Positions 35,872-49,498 of a stretch of 64,000 nucleotides of DNA are shown here, in pieces. The translations under genes were made by a program, and so were the position numbers. How positions within the stretch are numbered: position 1 is the first letter of the stretch; every line of letters begins with the position of its first letter. The notes beneath the pieces are model-generated. The model was not told the origin of the DNA. It worked only from the letters and a program-made list of their open reading frames with translations, and did no database searches. This DNA is from Narcine bancroftii (lineage: Eukaryota): the NCBI RefSeq assembly GCF_036971445.1, contig NC_091471.1, forward strand, positions 357,678,001 through 357,742,000. The letters are read 5' to 3'.

Positions 35872-37839
35872 CATACATTTTTTTTAAACAATCTCTCAGA
35901 AACCACTCTCAACCTTCAACGAACTAAGGTATTAAATATTTAACAGTAGCTAGCACCCTGATTGTTTTTTCTTCCCTGTAACAGATCCATTAACATCTAT
36001 GGATAGGAAAAATTGTCTGCCTCAGTGAAACCTAGAGTTTTCTGGCCTGTATGGCTATGTTACACTCTCACTTCACCACCAAGCCAAGGAGGCTTTTGAC
36101 ACATTAAAGAGTCTTATGCCATTTCTACAATGTTAAGTAAATGCAGAAAATATAATTACCATTCTTCGTTAAATGAAAGAAAAAGTTCTGTAATGTCATA
36201 GCAAAAACACAGAAGGAAGGTTGTAAATTCTGCCTGGGTTCAGTACTGAATTATTAGATCTGTCACAATATCAAAAATTGCCTGGTTTTTACAGATGGAC
36301 AAAATAGCCACAGTTCTCGCACTCAACCAGTTATCCCCAAAGATGTGCAGATAATGACAGAGCACAGAGGACCTCCACAGATGATGATGGAGCACAGGAT
36401 CGAATTCAGCATTACTGACCACACCTACTGTCTTGCACAAAACTATGCCAACTCCTGAAACCCGTGAAAACATTCCCCACAAGAAACCTGTACTTTCAGG
36501 GGAAGTAAGGCAAAGCACATTATTTCATTCCAAAGTACACTGGCATAGCCACAGTGCAAGTTACACCAATTATTTTAACATGTTATCCAAAGTGTGGGTC
36601 AAATCTTTACACTGAAACAATTACAACACTGGTCAGTTTTCAAATTTGCATAAACAAGTAATTGTAAAATATTGTCTCATAATAAATACAGCAGAATTAA
36701 ATACAACTGCAAGGGATTAGCTTTCAGGTGTAAGAAAGATATCGTTGCCTGCCGATTATTTTTTTTCCCTGATTCAGAACCACCAAGTTTCTTCAAAATG
36801 CCCTGCTATAAACTTTCTTTCAACTGACTGCTGCCAAAACATCCTCCTTCAAACTTTAAGAATCATTTTTAACAGCAAGTTAAAAATATCAGTTTGTTAT
36901 TTTTCTGCTGAGAACAGTTAAAATTCATTTGTGCTTTGCAGTCATCAAGTTAAACTATGTTTCATTTTAGTTCAAAGCTTGGGGAAATCAAAAGGGCAGC
37001 AGTTAAGGACATTTATAGTTCCTGAAGGAAGCAATTGTTACCCGGCAGACCTCAGTGAAACTTTGCCTCACACAAATGGAGGATATCATCTTATTTAATT
37101 AGTACTGCTCGCAGCAGTGCGTTAAAGTCTGTGATTCTGGCAATGTCTTCAGCACGTCTAGCTGCCCTGCATGGTCTTCAAGCACTATTCAATTTAGAGA
37201 TTGCAACAGGAAAGCAGAGGAAAATATTTTGTTCTCCCTCTTGAAACTGCACCTATGCCTGGTGTTCAACTTGTATTAATAGCAGTTAGGAAAAAAAAAT
37301 CAGATCATCCTCTCTTATGAATGAATGCACAAGACAAAAGTAAACAATTATTTATCCTCATGTGGGGGTGGGGGGGGAAGAGTGCAACAATTCAAAACAC
37401 AAGGTTCTTCTTTCCACAAAATTGATCCTATAACTGCAACAGAGTGAATGGAATCAATTACTTAGAAGTGGGCTCTACATCTTCTGGATTTATTACAGCT
37501 TCAAAACAATAATGTAATTTGGAAGCAGTCTAAATTAGATATTAAGTTGCTCTTTCCTACAAAAATAGGAACTTAGATTTATGGATTTTGCAGTAAGAAA
37601 TATCAGGGTGGAAATATGAGTGGAGACATCATAACTTTACATGGGATGATTGTAGTTGAGATAATAGCAGGCAGGAAACTTCAGTTAAAGATTACTCTTG
37701 TTCTCAGAGAATTCACCCAGCACACAGGTTGGTAACACAGATACCTTGGCAACAATTATGTCAGTGGAAACACATCGGTTACAAGTCCAGTGAACCCCAA
37801 AACCCAGCAGCAATAGATATTCACCAAGACAAATGGTAC

Positions 37840-38180
37840 CGTTGATGTCATGGCGACAGTTGGAAATATGTAGGTCCAAAGAAGGCAGACCAGCACAAGG
37901 TGTCCAGGAGGAGGAAGAAAATTTAAAATGGGAAAAAGGATCTGTAGTTGGAGGTTGAGAGTCATGGTGTTGTGGATGTAGGCAAGGAGATGGAGACGAC
38001 GGAACTTGCTGAGGTGTGGGGCGAAGGGGGATGAAGGTGAAGCCTCCACTGAGGACAGAACTTTCAGTCTCTAATGGGGAAGGTCAGAGAGGATGGTGAA
38101 GGCCAAATAGGATTTAGTGGGAGGTTCAATCGGGTAGAGGTTTTGGGGAGGGAGGAGGATGGGGTATTATGTCAGAATCC
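37840..38180 (-). mobile_element. Penelope-like element, N-terminal RT fragment
   Basis: Minus-strand SVLSGGFTFIPL and FRRLHLLAY match the HSILSRGLTFVP...LHLQAH region of the 39540-42530 element. Confidence 0.6.
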
Positions 38181-38270
38181 CAGTCTGAGGACATTTTCAA
38201 AGCTGGCACTTTTAGCATGCCAGTTATCAAGCATTTTGCTCTTGTAAAGTGCCATCTCATTACTTTGACC

Positions 38271-39235
38271 TGTAACAGAATATATAGATATGTTTCTGGG
38301 AGATAAATTGGGAACGGTTTGTTTGATTAGGTTACATACAAACACTAAAAACAGATCTTATTTGAAATACTGGAGCTCTGCTAATGCTAGACATGTCAGG
38401 GCCAACAGTCTTTGCAAGAGCTTTGCAGAGTACCCAAGACACTTCACTAATGGATTGGTGTTTACAAAAGGCAACAGATGAAAGGTTTTGTCGGAGCCTC
38501 AGACAATCTGAAGGAGAACTTACTGTTCTAAGAGGGTCATGTAGTTTTGTAAGCAGAGAGAGTCAAACAGGCTTTCTCTCTAAGAGAGAGAGAGAGACTT
38601 CTTCTACAGTGTTATAGCCAGCAGACGCAGCTGGGACTAGAACAGGACAAGCTGGCAAGCTAGTGGAAAGCCCCATTTGGAAGACGGCCTGGTCAAAGCC
38701 CTTGTAGTTCATGCTGGCTGTCTAATGTTTTACTTGAAATAAAGGAAACAAAAAGGAACTCTGTGGTGACCTGAAAGAAAGAGGTTGTCATCAGAAGAAT
38801 CCTGAAGGAGCAAGTTTCATCAGCAAGACACCGAAGTGGCTGATAGAAGTACATCAGTTGTGGATGTCCTGGAACAACAATTCTCTCTCTGAAAACCAAC
38901 TAACCTTTCTGAACGGTAACCATTTACCTTTCAAGCACCAAAGCCTGGTGAACTTTACAAATGTTAAATTCTATGCACAGTATAAGAATTGCCTGCAACC
39001 AGTGAACTTGGAGGAATGAGAAGTGAGATTGGACTGTGAACCAAAAAACTTTTCTGAACTTACACACACATTACATACACATGCGCTTAGAATTAGAAGG
39101 GGGTTGTTAGGTTAGTTAAAGTATGATTCTGTTTTCATGTTTAAAGATAATTAAAAGCAACTTTTGATTAAGTAACCATTTGTCTTGGTGAATATCTATT
39201 GCTGCTAGGTTTTGGGGTCCTCTGGACTCGTAACA
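38271..39235 (+). mobile_element. Solo LTR (965 bp) with 4-bp TSD
   Basis: Begins tgtaaca, ends ctcgtaaca; gacc at 38267-38270 and 39236-39239; second copy at 8735-9761. Sense orientation is inferred. Confidence 0.9.
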
Positions 39236-39539
39236 GACCAAATAAACATTCTCTTCAATTTTTATAAACCTAAAATTATTGCAATAAAACAGCAAACAAT
39301 CTATGAATATTTCAACTAGCTATGGACTAAATAGTAAAAACCAGCAAACTTACTCAGCACAGAATTTTCAGACCTGATCAGGCTGACTTGGGGTAATAGC
39401 AAAGACAAAAATCAGTATTAGTTTGCATTCCTTTCATGGGGCAGTGAGGCCCAATCTGCTCATCAAAATTATATAGAAAATTCCATTAATGATCTCATGA
39501 AATTATTTGAAAGCAGAGTAGAGATATTATTCCTTGACA

Positions 39540-42530
39540 AGGCGTAAAACACAGAATTCTGTTTATACCATGGTAAGAGAAAAAAAACACACAAATGCTG
39601 GAGAAACTCAGCAGGTCAAATCGTGGCTTTATGTAGCAAAGGTGAAGATACATCACCAACATTTTGGGCTTGAGCCATTCATCGAGGTTTGGGGGAGCAT
39701 GAGATGTCCAAAGAAAAGGGGGAATGGGGGGTTGGTGAGGGTGGGCGAACACCGCGGGGGGTGGGGGGAGAAAGGAAGTAGGAACTGGAATAACTAGTTA
39801 ATGGTGGGGGGGGGGAGGGGGGAAAGCATACTTGATAGTGGAATGCAGTGAACTCAATGTTCATGCCTGGGGTTGGACGGTGCCCACACAAAAAATGAGG
39901 TGTTGTTCCTCCAATCTGTGGGTGGTCAGGGTGGTGGTAGTGTGAAAGGCCATAACAGACATGTGAGTTTGAGAGTAGGACTCAATTGAAATGGTTGGCT
40001 ACGGGGACGTCACTTTTGCTGCAGACGGAGAGGAGGTGTTGGGCAAAGCGATCTCCTAATTTGCGACCGGTCTCTCTGATGTAGAGAAGGTCACAGAGGT
40101 TGCACTGGCTGCAGTAAATTAGTTCTTTGGAGGTACAGGTAAAGTGTTGCTTCACCTGAAAGGTCTGCATGGGACTTCGGACCATGGTGAGGGAAGAGGT
40201 GTGGGTGCAGGTATTACACCTCCTACGACCACAGTAGAAGGTGCCAGGGGAGTGATTGTGGGGAGGGAAGAATGCACAAGGGAGTCACAGAGGGAGCAGT
40301 CCCTATGGAAGGCAGACAGGGGAGGAGAAAGAAAAATGTGTCTGGTGGTGGGGTCCTGTAGTAAGTACTGGAAATTCCAGCAGATAATGTGTTGGATGCA
40401 GAGGCTGGTGGGGTGAGGACAAGGAGGATTCTGTTTATTGTTTCTAGGGGCAGGGGGGAGCTAGGGCAGATGAGCGGGGAATGGAGGAGATATGGGTGAG
40501 GGCTGAGTTAATAGTGATGGAGGGGAAGCCATGTTTGTGGAAGGAGGCAGACATTTCAGAGGCTCTGGACTGGAAGACCTCATCTTGGGAGCAGATGTGG
40601 CGGGGACGGAGAAATTAAGAGAAGGGGGTGGAGTCCTTGCAGGGGACAGGGTGTGAGGACGAGTAGTCCAGGTAGTTATGAGAGTTAGAGGGTTTGTATT
40701 AAATGTCAGTGGAGAGTCTGGCTCCTGAGATGGAGATCCAGAAAAGGGAAAGTTTCATCAGAGATGGACCAGGTGAGTTTGAGGTCTGGGTGGAAATAGG
40801 TCGCAAAATTGATGAAATTGACAAGCTCATCATCGGTGCATGAGGCCGCCCTGATGCAGTCATCAATGTATCAGAAGAAGAGTTGGTGAGTCTTGCCTGT
40901 GTAGGCTTGTAGCATGTTTTGTTCCACAAAACCCACAAATAGCCAGGCATAGCTGGGACTCATGCGGGAAAATTGTTAAGGGTGAGGACAAGTTTTGCCA
41001 GGTGGAGAAGGGTGGAGGTGGAAGGTGACTGCTCAAGTCTGAGGTCCAGGAAAAAGTGAAGTGCTCGGAGGCCTTCTATATGGGGAATGGAGGTGTAAAG
41101 GAATTGTAAATCCATCATGAAGATGAGGCGGTCCAGTTCGGGGAATCTGAAGTCTTGGAAGCGGTGGAGGGTATGTGAGGTGTCATGGATGTAGATGGGG
41201 AGGGATTGAACTAAGGGAGAAAAGATGGAGTTAAGGTAGGATGAAATTAGTTCCGTAGGTCTGCCTGGATGGTTAGGTTTATGTATCTTGGGTAGAAGGT
41301 AGAAACGGGTGGTGCTAGGATGGGAGACAATTGGTGGGGGGAGGTGCCTAGAGTCGATGAAGTAAGAGATGGTGTTGGAGACGGTGGCTTGATGGGTGAT
41401 GGTGGGGTCCTGTGGGAGGGGTTGATAGGAGGAGATGTCTGAGAGCTGTCGACTAGCCTTAGCAAGGTAGAGGTCAGTGTGACAGACTACAACAGCATCA
41501 CCCTGGTCTGCAGGTTTGATAGTGAGGTTAGGGTTGTTGTAGAGAGAGTGGAGGGCAGAGCGTACTGAAGTGGTGAGGTTGGAATAGGAGAGGGGGGTAG
41601 TGAAGTTGAGATCATTGATGCCCTGGCAGAAGTTGGAGATAAAAAGGTCTAAAGCGGGCAGCTTGCCAGGAGGAAGAGGTCTTGAAGCGGCAGAAAGGTT
41701 CGGGGTGGGGGGGTGGTGCTGGAGAGTTGCAACCAAAGTTGTGGGCCTGCAGATGGAGGCAATGGAAGCATGCAGCATTGCGGCATGCATTGAACTTGTT
41801 GTGGGTGGACTTAGGGGGGACAAAGGTGAGACCTCTGCTGAGAATAGAGTGCTCCACCTCTGAGAGGAGAAGATCAGAGGAGATAGTAAAAACCAGGCAA
41901 GGGTCAGAGTGAGAGTAGGAGGGGAGTCTGAGGGAGGGGGGGAGAAAGAGGATTGGTGATTAGAGGGTTGGGGGGACAAAAGGGGAAGATGAGGGTGGAG
42001 TAGTGGGAGGTTGGGGAAGGAGTAGTAAAGTGGGAACTAATAGAGAGATCAAGGCTCGAGATGTAGTCAGTGTCGGGAGCCACGTGGGATGAGTCAGCAA
42101 GGAAGGCTCCAGCGTCATCTGCAGGTCCAATGCTGGAATCGGCGGCGGTGTCAGAAGCTGCGGTAAATAGGGAGGGTCAGTGCCTGGGTTGAGGTGGGTG
42201 GCAGTGGTATAGGGAGCTCCTTCAGGTCAATGACTGGGGCCCGGATACCAGTAGGAGATGGCGCATGCAGCTCCAGTGAGTAGGGTGGTGGAGTCGGTGG
42301 CCGTGGGAGCTCTGTAGTTTAGGTGGCCGAGGTCTGGGCCTGGGTCGGCGGCCGTGGTGTGGGAGCCCTGTTTCGTGGGTTGCCAAGGCCTGGGCTTAGG
42401 TCCAAGGCTGTGGTTCTGGGAGCTCCATGGTTGTGGAAGCCAGGGACGGAGTCCGTCTGGGTCAGTGATTGTGGTGGTGAGAATTCTGGAGGGCAGGCAA
42501 CTGAGGTCAAGATGGGAATCCATATGGAGG
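39540..42530 (-). mobile_element. Penelope-like retroelement (RT + GIY-YIG), long decayed copy
   Basis: ORF 40960-41979 has LTIKPADQGDAVVV, RFYLLPKIHKP, MDLQFLYTSIPH; 39982-40185 has the GIY-YIG-like LIYCSQC..LLYIRETGRKLGDRFAQH..VANHFN; pLTR-type terminus at 39540-39700; frameshifted. Confidence 0.92.
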
Positions 42531-42594
42531 GTTGCAATTTTTTTTTTACCCACAAAGGTTTCTTACTTTTTAATTAATTGAAGTATGAGGGATA

Positions 42595-43000
42595 ACGGTG
42601 GCAAGGGCAACATTTAATGTCCATCCCTGTTTGCTTTACAGAAGGTGGTAAAGAACTACTGTGTTGAACCACTGCAGTCTATTTGGTGAAGGTGCTCTTT
42701 TGAGCATTATCAGCAGGGAACTGCAAAATTCAGATACCATAAGGATGCAAGACTCGTGATAGATTTTCAAGTGATGCTTGGTGTATGACTCAGAATGGAA
42801 CCTGCAGGTGGTGACCTTCTGATGCACCTGCTCCTTTGCCCTGGTTGGTGGTCGAGCACAGAGATTTGGAAGATGCAGACAGTGACTTAGTTGAGTAACT
42901 GCATTACATGTTGTGAATAAAAGACGCTGCAGGTTCGGTGTGCTAGAGAATGTATATGTTGATGGATGGAATGCCAATCAAATGAGCCATTCTTTGACCT
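42595..43000 (-). mobile_element. Ancient CR1/L2-group LINE 3' fragment
   Basis: ggcaagggcaacatttaatgtccatccct...agaaggtggt...ttgaaccactgcagtc resembles a LINE tail I recall as common in chondrichthyans; heavily diverged. Confidence 0.45.
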
Positions 43001-43669
43001 GTTCTTAAGAGTTAAATGAGAAAATCTGCAGATGCTGGGATTGAATAAAATACTCCTGCTGAGAAAACTCAGCAGGTCATGCAGCATTCATAAAAAGAAA
43101 AGGATAACCAACATTTCGGGCCTGAGCTGATGAAAAATTGGAAAATGAATCCTATGAAAGCTGCGCAACCTAGTTTCTCCAGTGCATTTTTGTGTCTTGC
43201 CAATTCTGACAGTCACGTTTATTTGGCTGGTCCAGTGAGTTTCTGCTGGAAGGTGGCCAGCACCTAGATAATGGAAGGAAAACTCTGCAATTACAATCAC
43301 GTATTATTACAAAAGTAGTTAGCTAGTCTCCCCAACTGGTATCATCCAATGGTTCCCATTTGAGGACATGCCATTGCAATTGATCAGAATCAGCAAATAT
43401 CCCCACTTCTGATCTGAGGATGGAGGGAAGATGGTTTGTGAATCAGCTGATGACGGGTGGACCTAGAACACTGCTGGTGTCAACAATCCATAATAACTGT
43501 TGAAAAATTATGAAATACAGTAGAAGTCTAAAAATCCAGCTCAGAATTCTGCACCACTCAAGAATCCGTACTTCTTGAAAACTGTCAATCTCTTTTAATT
43601 TCTTTTAATTTAGTACACTTTGGTGTGCATGCCTAAGAACCATAGATGTAATCCAACGTTGCAAAAACT

Positions 43670-44520
43670 TCATTTCTTGACTTTCATCGCCTTAAGTCCA
43701 ACAATTTTGATATTTCTTCTACTAAAATTTTCTAAAGTGTCAATTTTTTGAGTTAGTTGATCTGATTCAAGCTTCATCTTGAATTTTTTTCATCTGTTCT
43801 TTAACATTTTGAATTTCAAATTAATTTCCTTTTATTTTTTTCTTCCACAACTTCAAATTTCTTATCTACTTGCTGCATCATTCTTTCTACCTTCTATGTA
43901 AAATTCTTATTTTCAACTATACTCTTATTGCATTTTTTAACTTCTGCTGTTAAATTGCACCAAAGATTGTCGAAAATTTTCCATATATTTCTTCATTTCA
44001 GTTGTAAATATACGTCTCAATTTTTTCCATCTTTTTCGTTATAGCTCTTTGTTCTAGATGTAATTCCTGTTCGTTTTGGTCTTCATCCTGATTACTTGAG
44101 CCGGAAGCTTCTTGGGCTCTTTTAAAAATTCCCTGTTTTTTTTCTGTGCTCTGCGCAAGTGCAAGGAGCCACGCATGCGCAGAGTCACTTCTTCTCCTGT
44201 AGCAGACGGCCATTGTTGGGGAAGACCTTTTACAGCAATGTCCATGGTCTCCCCAGCTCCAGACTTTTCTCCACGGACTCCTACCTTCCTGACAGCTCCA
44301 GGATCCTTCTTCAAGGTAGGCCTCTCCTCCACATCTGTTTCAATTTCTCGTGGAGTTAGCTCTTTTTTTCTTTCTTTGGTGACATCTTCTGTTGTTTATT
44401 GGATCTTCCAACTACTTTTTTTTTAAAAAACTTCTTCAACCTTTGTTAATTAAAAAAAAAACTTTTTCAGAGAAGGGATTCAGGGTCTAACCCTATGTCA
44501 TCATGTGGCATGCCCCCATG
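43670..44520 (-). mobile_element. L1-clade LINE 5' region (ORF1 fragment)
   Basis: Minus strand near 43690-43720 reads close to RRNIKIVGL (L1 ORF1 RRxNIRIxG motif), preceded by K/E-rich coiled-coil-like coding sequence. Confidence 0.7.
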
Positions 44521-45959
44521 ACTATTATTTATTAATATTATTTATTTTACTATATGTGCATGTGCACTGTGTATACGAATCATTTTTATGTATGTTATGT
44601 TCGTATATCTCCAATGTTCTGTACCATGGATCGGAGAATCCTGTTTCGTCGGGTTGTACTGCTACAACCAGATGACAAATAAACTTGAACATTAAAAGAA
44701 AATCCTTCCAAAAGCACTTTTCTGAAACTTAATGTATTCTACAGGTACAAACTTAGATTAGCTTGATAAAGGTTTGGATGATCTAATGTACACTATTTAC
44801 AACCAAGCTACAAATTCAATACAATGAAACATTTTAAAAAATCAATGGATTACAGACCTAGGAGCTGCATTCACATTATAAATAAGATCAGATGCTATTT
44901 GTCATGTAGTAAAACAGAAATGTATTATCACTGGTCACTGTGCTTGGGGTCGCCTCCTCCGCTTATCTTCTCAATGTGGCCGGGGTAGGGTTTCTCCCTG
45001 GTACTGCTGGCTGTGCCAGTCCATCGCTCTGCCAGAGTCTGCAAGCCCTCGCAGACACTGCCATCTTGGGCTCAGACCTCGCGGTTGCGGAATTTAAACA
45101 AAACACTTAACAGGTTTTTTTAAATCCTGAACTGGGCTGTTGGCAGTTAGACTGGGTGGTTGGACCCTTCAGGGGAGTGTTGTGTCTCTGCTCCCAACTC
45201 TCCATGACTGCACCAGTGGCAGCGTTGCCATTAACAGAATTTATGGCAATGCCAACTTTTTTTTTGCTGTCTTCTTAAATGGCACCCCTGACAAATGGCC
45301 TAGGATCAAGACGTAGATTACCATTTACTGTGAATGCTGTGTGACCTACTGAGTTTTTCCAGCATGGTGATCTATGCCCTTGACCACAGTATCTGCAGAT
45401 TTTCTTGTTTAACTCCTATACTTAATTAATATGGTGCATAATTTACACAGCTAGCGATATTTCAATCTAAAGCCATGAACTACAAAGTTTCCATAATCTG
45501 CACAGTTATTATTACGGGCACCTGATGATGTTGCTTGGTTAAGAGTAAAGAGAACGAATGAAGCATATTTTTCTTTGATTGTTAGCTAGAGGTTGTCATA
45601 AACAATCTGGTTAGGTATAAGCCATCTGGAAACAGAACTTGGTAAAACTTCCCAGAAGGATACAACAAATAATTAAAGCTTTGGCTACAGGGCACAAGGT
45701 CTGATGAAACTTAATTAACAATCACTGCAATCCAGTTCAAGGGATCTAATCATTATATTTCATGAGGGGGGATTCAAATAAGTGCCACAAACCAATGAGA
45801 GGCTACAAGGAATCAGAGAAGAGCAGTAAAGGCAATTGAGGAAAGAGCATACAACTGACAATTACCAATGGTAACCTCTGAATTTTTTAAGATTCATTCA
45901 CCTAAAATTGTATACCTTCAGAAAATGAAGCTTTTCACACTTAAAATCCACTGAAATAG

Positions 45960-46380
45960 CTCACTTGAGAACATCTACGGGAATGCTACCGTCAGAGAGC
46001 TGCAGGAATCATTAAGGATCCACACGGTTCTCGATGCTGCCGTCAGGAAAGAGGTACTTATCCGCGACTGCAGTACTTGATCCCAACTCCAACAGTGCCA
46101 TCAAGTTTGCACAAGACTCGCACCACCAGGTTCAGGAACAGCTGCTCCCCCTTCCACATCAGACTCCTCAACAACAAACTCAATCAGGGATTCATTTAAG
46201 GACTCTTAGATTTGCACTTAATTTTTTGCCCTCTCCTCTCTGTTTCACAGAGTTGTTTCACATGTGCACATTGGTTTTTTTTTTGCACTATTAATAAGTG
46301 GTGACTGCCTCTCCTGCAGGAAATAGAAACGCAGGGTTGTATGTGTTGTCAGGTATGTATCATGACAATAAATCTGAATA
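45960..46380 (+). mobile_element. Rex1/Babar LINE 3' end
   Basis: MLPSGKRY and caccaccaggttcaggaacagctgc; ends aataaatctgaa. Confidence 0.7.
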
Positions 46381-47064
46381 TACTTTTATCATGGTTCTTC
46401 CCACCTCCCTGGCAAATTTCCATTTCTGTTCCTCGAGCTACTTTTGGCTCTGCAATTGTGCTTTCACAGCAAGCACCATTTATACATTCACTCATGAAAA
46501 AGATTTTAGCTTTTGCGTTCACTCCAAGTGGATCCAATTCTTCAGCAATATCTTGGCTCAGTATTAAATACTTCAGAAATGTTTGCAATGTTTTAATCAA
46601 GGGGTGCATTCCACAATAAACAATCAAATAAAATGTAAGTATGTTTTTTGTGGATGATAATGTTGACCAACTGGAAGTAATCATTTGTAAGAATTAAAAT
46701 TAGCATCAAATATGCATTTATAAACACAATATGTAATTAGGAAATGAGGCCAGTACAAGTTTCATCCTTTGCCATTCTTAGTAATCTTTTATTTCAGGTT
46801 TCCAGTTCCTCACGTCACAGCAATGTGCTCAGCTTTCCTTCCATCAGTTATGAAAATATAATGCAAGTGAATATTCACATGTTCCATATTAAAATAATTT
46901 CTCATGACTTTGCTTCCATAAAAAAAAATGAGAATAAGGGGACTATAAAAAGGGCAGCCATAGTCATGTTCTGTTCTGAATATAATATAAATTAGCTAAG
47001 GGGCTCCTGGGGCAATTTATTTTGGCCAATTATCTCCATACCTGGACAATCAGAAAGGTATTTT

Positions 47065-47285
47065 TAATTAATTTTAAAGATGCAACACAGTAACAGGCCC
47101 TTCCAGCCCACAAGCCTGTGCCTGCCCCAATACATCCATGTGAACAATTATCCTATGAACTCCGCCCTTCTCTGGAGTGTGGAAGGAAACTGGAGCACCT
47201 GGAAGAAACCCACGTGGGTACGGAGAACATACAAACTCCTTACAGACAGCACCGAATTTGAACCCAGGTTTCTGCCACTCACTAC
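47065..47285 (-). mobile_element. V-SINE (HE1-like)
   Basis: Reverse strand has a B-box-like ggttcaaattc, V-domain ggagtttgtatgttctccgtacccacgtgggtttcttccaggtgctccagtttcct, and a CR1-like tail. Confidence 0.8.
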
Positions 47286-47540
47286 ATTAACTGCTATCTC
47301 TGTCCAGAAAGCACTCCGCCGGAAATCCTTGACATTTGGTATTTAGCTCCTGGACCAAAAAGCAAACTTCATAGCACGTTCACGTAACTTCCACCTCTCT
47401 TCTACACAGCTGATCTTGTGCCATTCAAACTCATTTGATTTACATTAAATAGAATTACTGCTAATTTAAATGTCCAGACATTCCCAGTATTAAATGTTTT
47501 TTTTTGTTGTCAGACTTTTTTTTGAGCTTTAAATTATATA

Positions 47541-47639
47541 TCCCGCATCGGACTTGTCAGCCACAAACGAGCCTGCAGCTGACGTGGACATTTACCCCCT
47601 CCATAAATCTTCATCCGCGAAGCCAAGCCAAAGAAGAAG
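47541..47639 (+). mobile_element. RTE-clade LINE, ~100-bp 3' stub (subfamily B)
   Basis: tcccgcatcggacttgtcagccacaaacg...gaagccaagccaaagaagaag; TSD aattatat at 47532-47539 and 47640-47647. Confidence 0.9.
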
Positions 47640-48778
47640 AATTATATGTTTGAATATTTGTGACTTTCTATCAAAGCATTTATGGGTGAGGTTTGTTCAG
47701 TGCTCACCACATGATATGATTCCCAAATGGAAAAGAAATTAAACACGCAGGGCTTCATCCTCCATGTCAGTGAAACCTGCTCCAGGGCCCTTGCTCAAGA
47801 GCAAATTTAGCAATCCACTCAGAGGAAATGAGTTACAAGAATAAAAGCTTGAATAATCTCACTGATTTTCTATCTCAGTGTTCACAGAAAAGTCACTTTT
47901 AGCTTTTATTTTTCTCTATCATTGTGTTCATATATCAATTTCTTTCAGTAGGTTAAATATAGGGTTTAATAGTTCTGCTTTCATTGACGTTCACTTGCCA
48001 TTCCAAACCTGCTCACCCCTCCAGCATACCTATTTGAATAGTTCCTTTCTGAGGACTTACTTTTCTCAGGCATGTGGAACAAAGCATAGTACATACAGCA
48101 AAAGCCGTATCCACTGAACTCAGAAACAACACTGAAAAAAGTAGGATTTGCTTTCCCCAAATTGTACCTAGATCAACTCTTCTCGCTCCTTTCTCTGTAC
48201 TCCTTATGCACTCTATCCTCACTGAATCATTTGTCCTCTTTGCTTTGTTGCACCATCCAAACTTTCTTTACTGCCTCTCTTCTGCTCAGAAGACTTGGGC
48301 CTCCAGATTAATACAGCAGTGTAGTAACCTGTTAATGTGCAAGGGCTCCGGCCTGAAATGTCAGCAATGTATTTTTGACAAAAAGATTGTCGATGCTGAA
48401 TAAACCAGGTGAGTTCCTCTAGCATTTCGGAGTTTTTACTGCTGGACCTGCGCCGGCTTGCTGGACGTGCACAAAGGAGCGGTGGCCAAATTGGGAGACA
48501 GAGGTTGGTTGCAACTCCATGCTGCAATGCAAATTGTGGGTCCCTTGCAATCAGAGTGAGATTAACCTCATATTTAAGCAAATAAAAAAGACAACATGCG
48601 CAATGATTTCTGAACTTTTCAATTAACAAGTGTAACTGAGTCATTTTTAGCTTCACATGGCCTTTATTTTTATTCATCAACCTGCCAGTTTCTGTATCTC
48701 AAGTAGCTGATACAATGATTTATGAGTGTTTGATGTTGAGCTTTTATCAGCTGTTAGCAACATGAACATGTAAACTGT

Positions 48779-49498
48779 CTTTCTCTTTGGCTTGGCTTCG
48801 CAGACGAAGATTTATGGAGGGGGTAAATGTCCATGTCAGCTGCAGGCTCGTTTGTGGCTGACAAGTCCGATGCGGGACAGGCAGACACGGTTGCAGCGGA
48901 AAATTGGTGGGTTGGGGTTGGGTGTTGGGTTTTTCCTCCTTTGCCTTTTGTCAGTGAGGTGGGCTCTGCGGTCTTCTTCAAAGGAGGTTGCTGCCCGCCA
49001 AACTGTGAGGCGCCAAGATGCACGGTTTGAGGCGAGATCAGCCCACTGGCGGAGGTCAATGGGGCAGACAACAAGAGATTTCTTTAGGCAGTCCTTGTAC
49101 CTTTTCTTTGGTGCACCTCTGTCACGGTGGCCAGTGGAGAGCTCGCCATATAACACGATCTTGGGAAGGCGATGGTCCTCCATTCTGGAGACGTGACCCA
49201 CCCAGCGCAGCTGGATCTTCAGCAGCGTGGACTCGATGCTGTTGGCCTCTGCCATCTCGAGTACTTCGACGTTAGGGATGAAAGCGCTCCAGTGAATGTT
49301 GAGGATGGAGCGGAGACAACGCTGGTGGAAGCATTCTAGGAGCAGTAGGTGATGCCGGTAGAGGACCCATGATTTGGAGCCGAACAGTAGTGTGGGTATG
49401 ACAACGGCTCTGTATACGCTTATCTTTGTGAGGTTTTTCAGTTGGTTATTTTTCCAGACTCTTTTGTGTAGTCTTCCAAAGGCGCTATTTGCCTTGGC
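48779..49498 (-). mobile_element. RTE-clade LINE, 5'-truncated (subfamily B)
   Basis: ORF 48836-49579, from AKANSAFGRLHKRVW onward, matches 53955-55319; TSD aaactgt at 48772-48778 and 49499-49505. Confidence 0.95.

Noticed and set aside
44940-45290. GC/CpG-richer stretch with a YY1-like gccatctt, possible promoter
   Set aside because: Short, and more like a decayed LINE 5' UTR; no associated gene seen.
46349-46684. 111-aa minus-strand ORF (DIAEELDPLGVNAKAK...)
   Set aside because: No recognisable domain or convincing splice sites; ends within a Rex1 tail.
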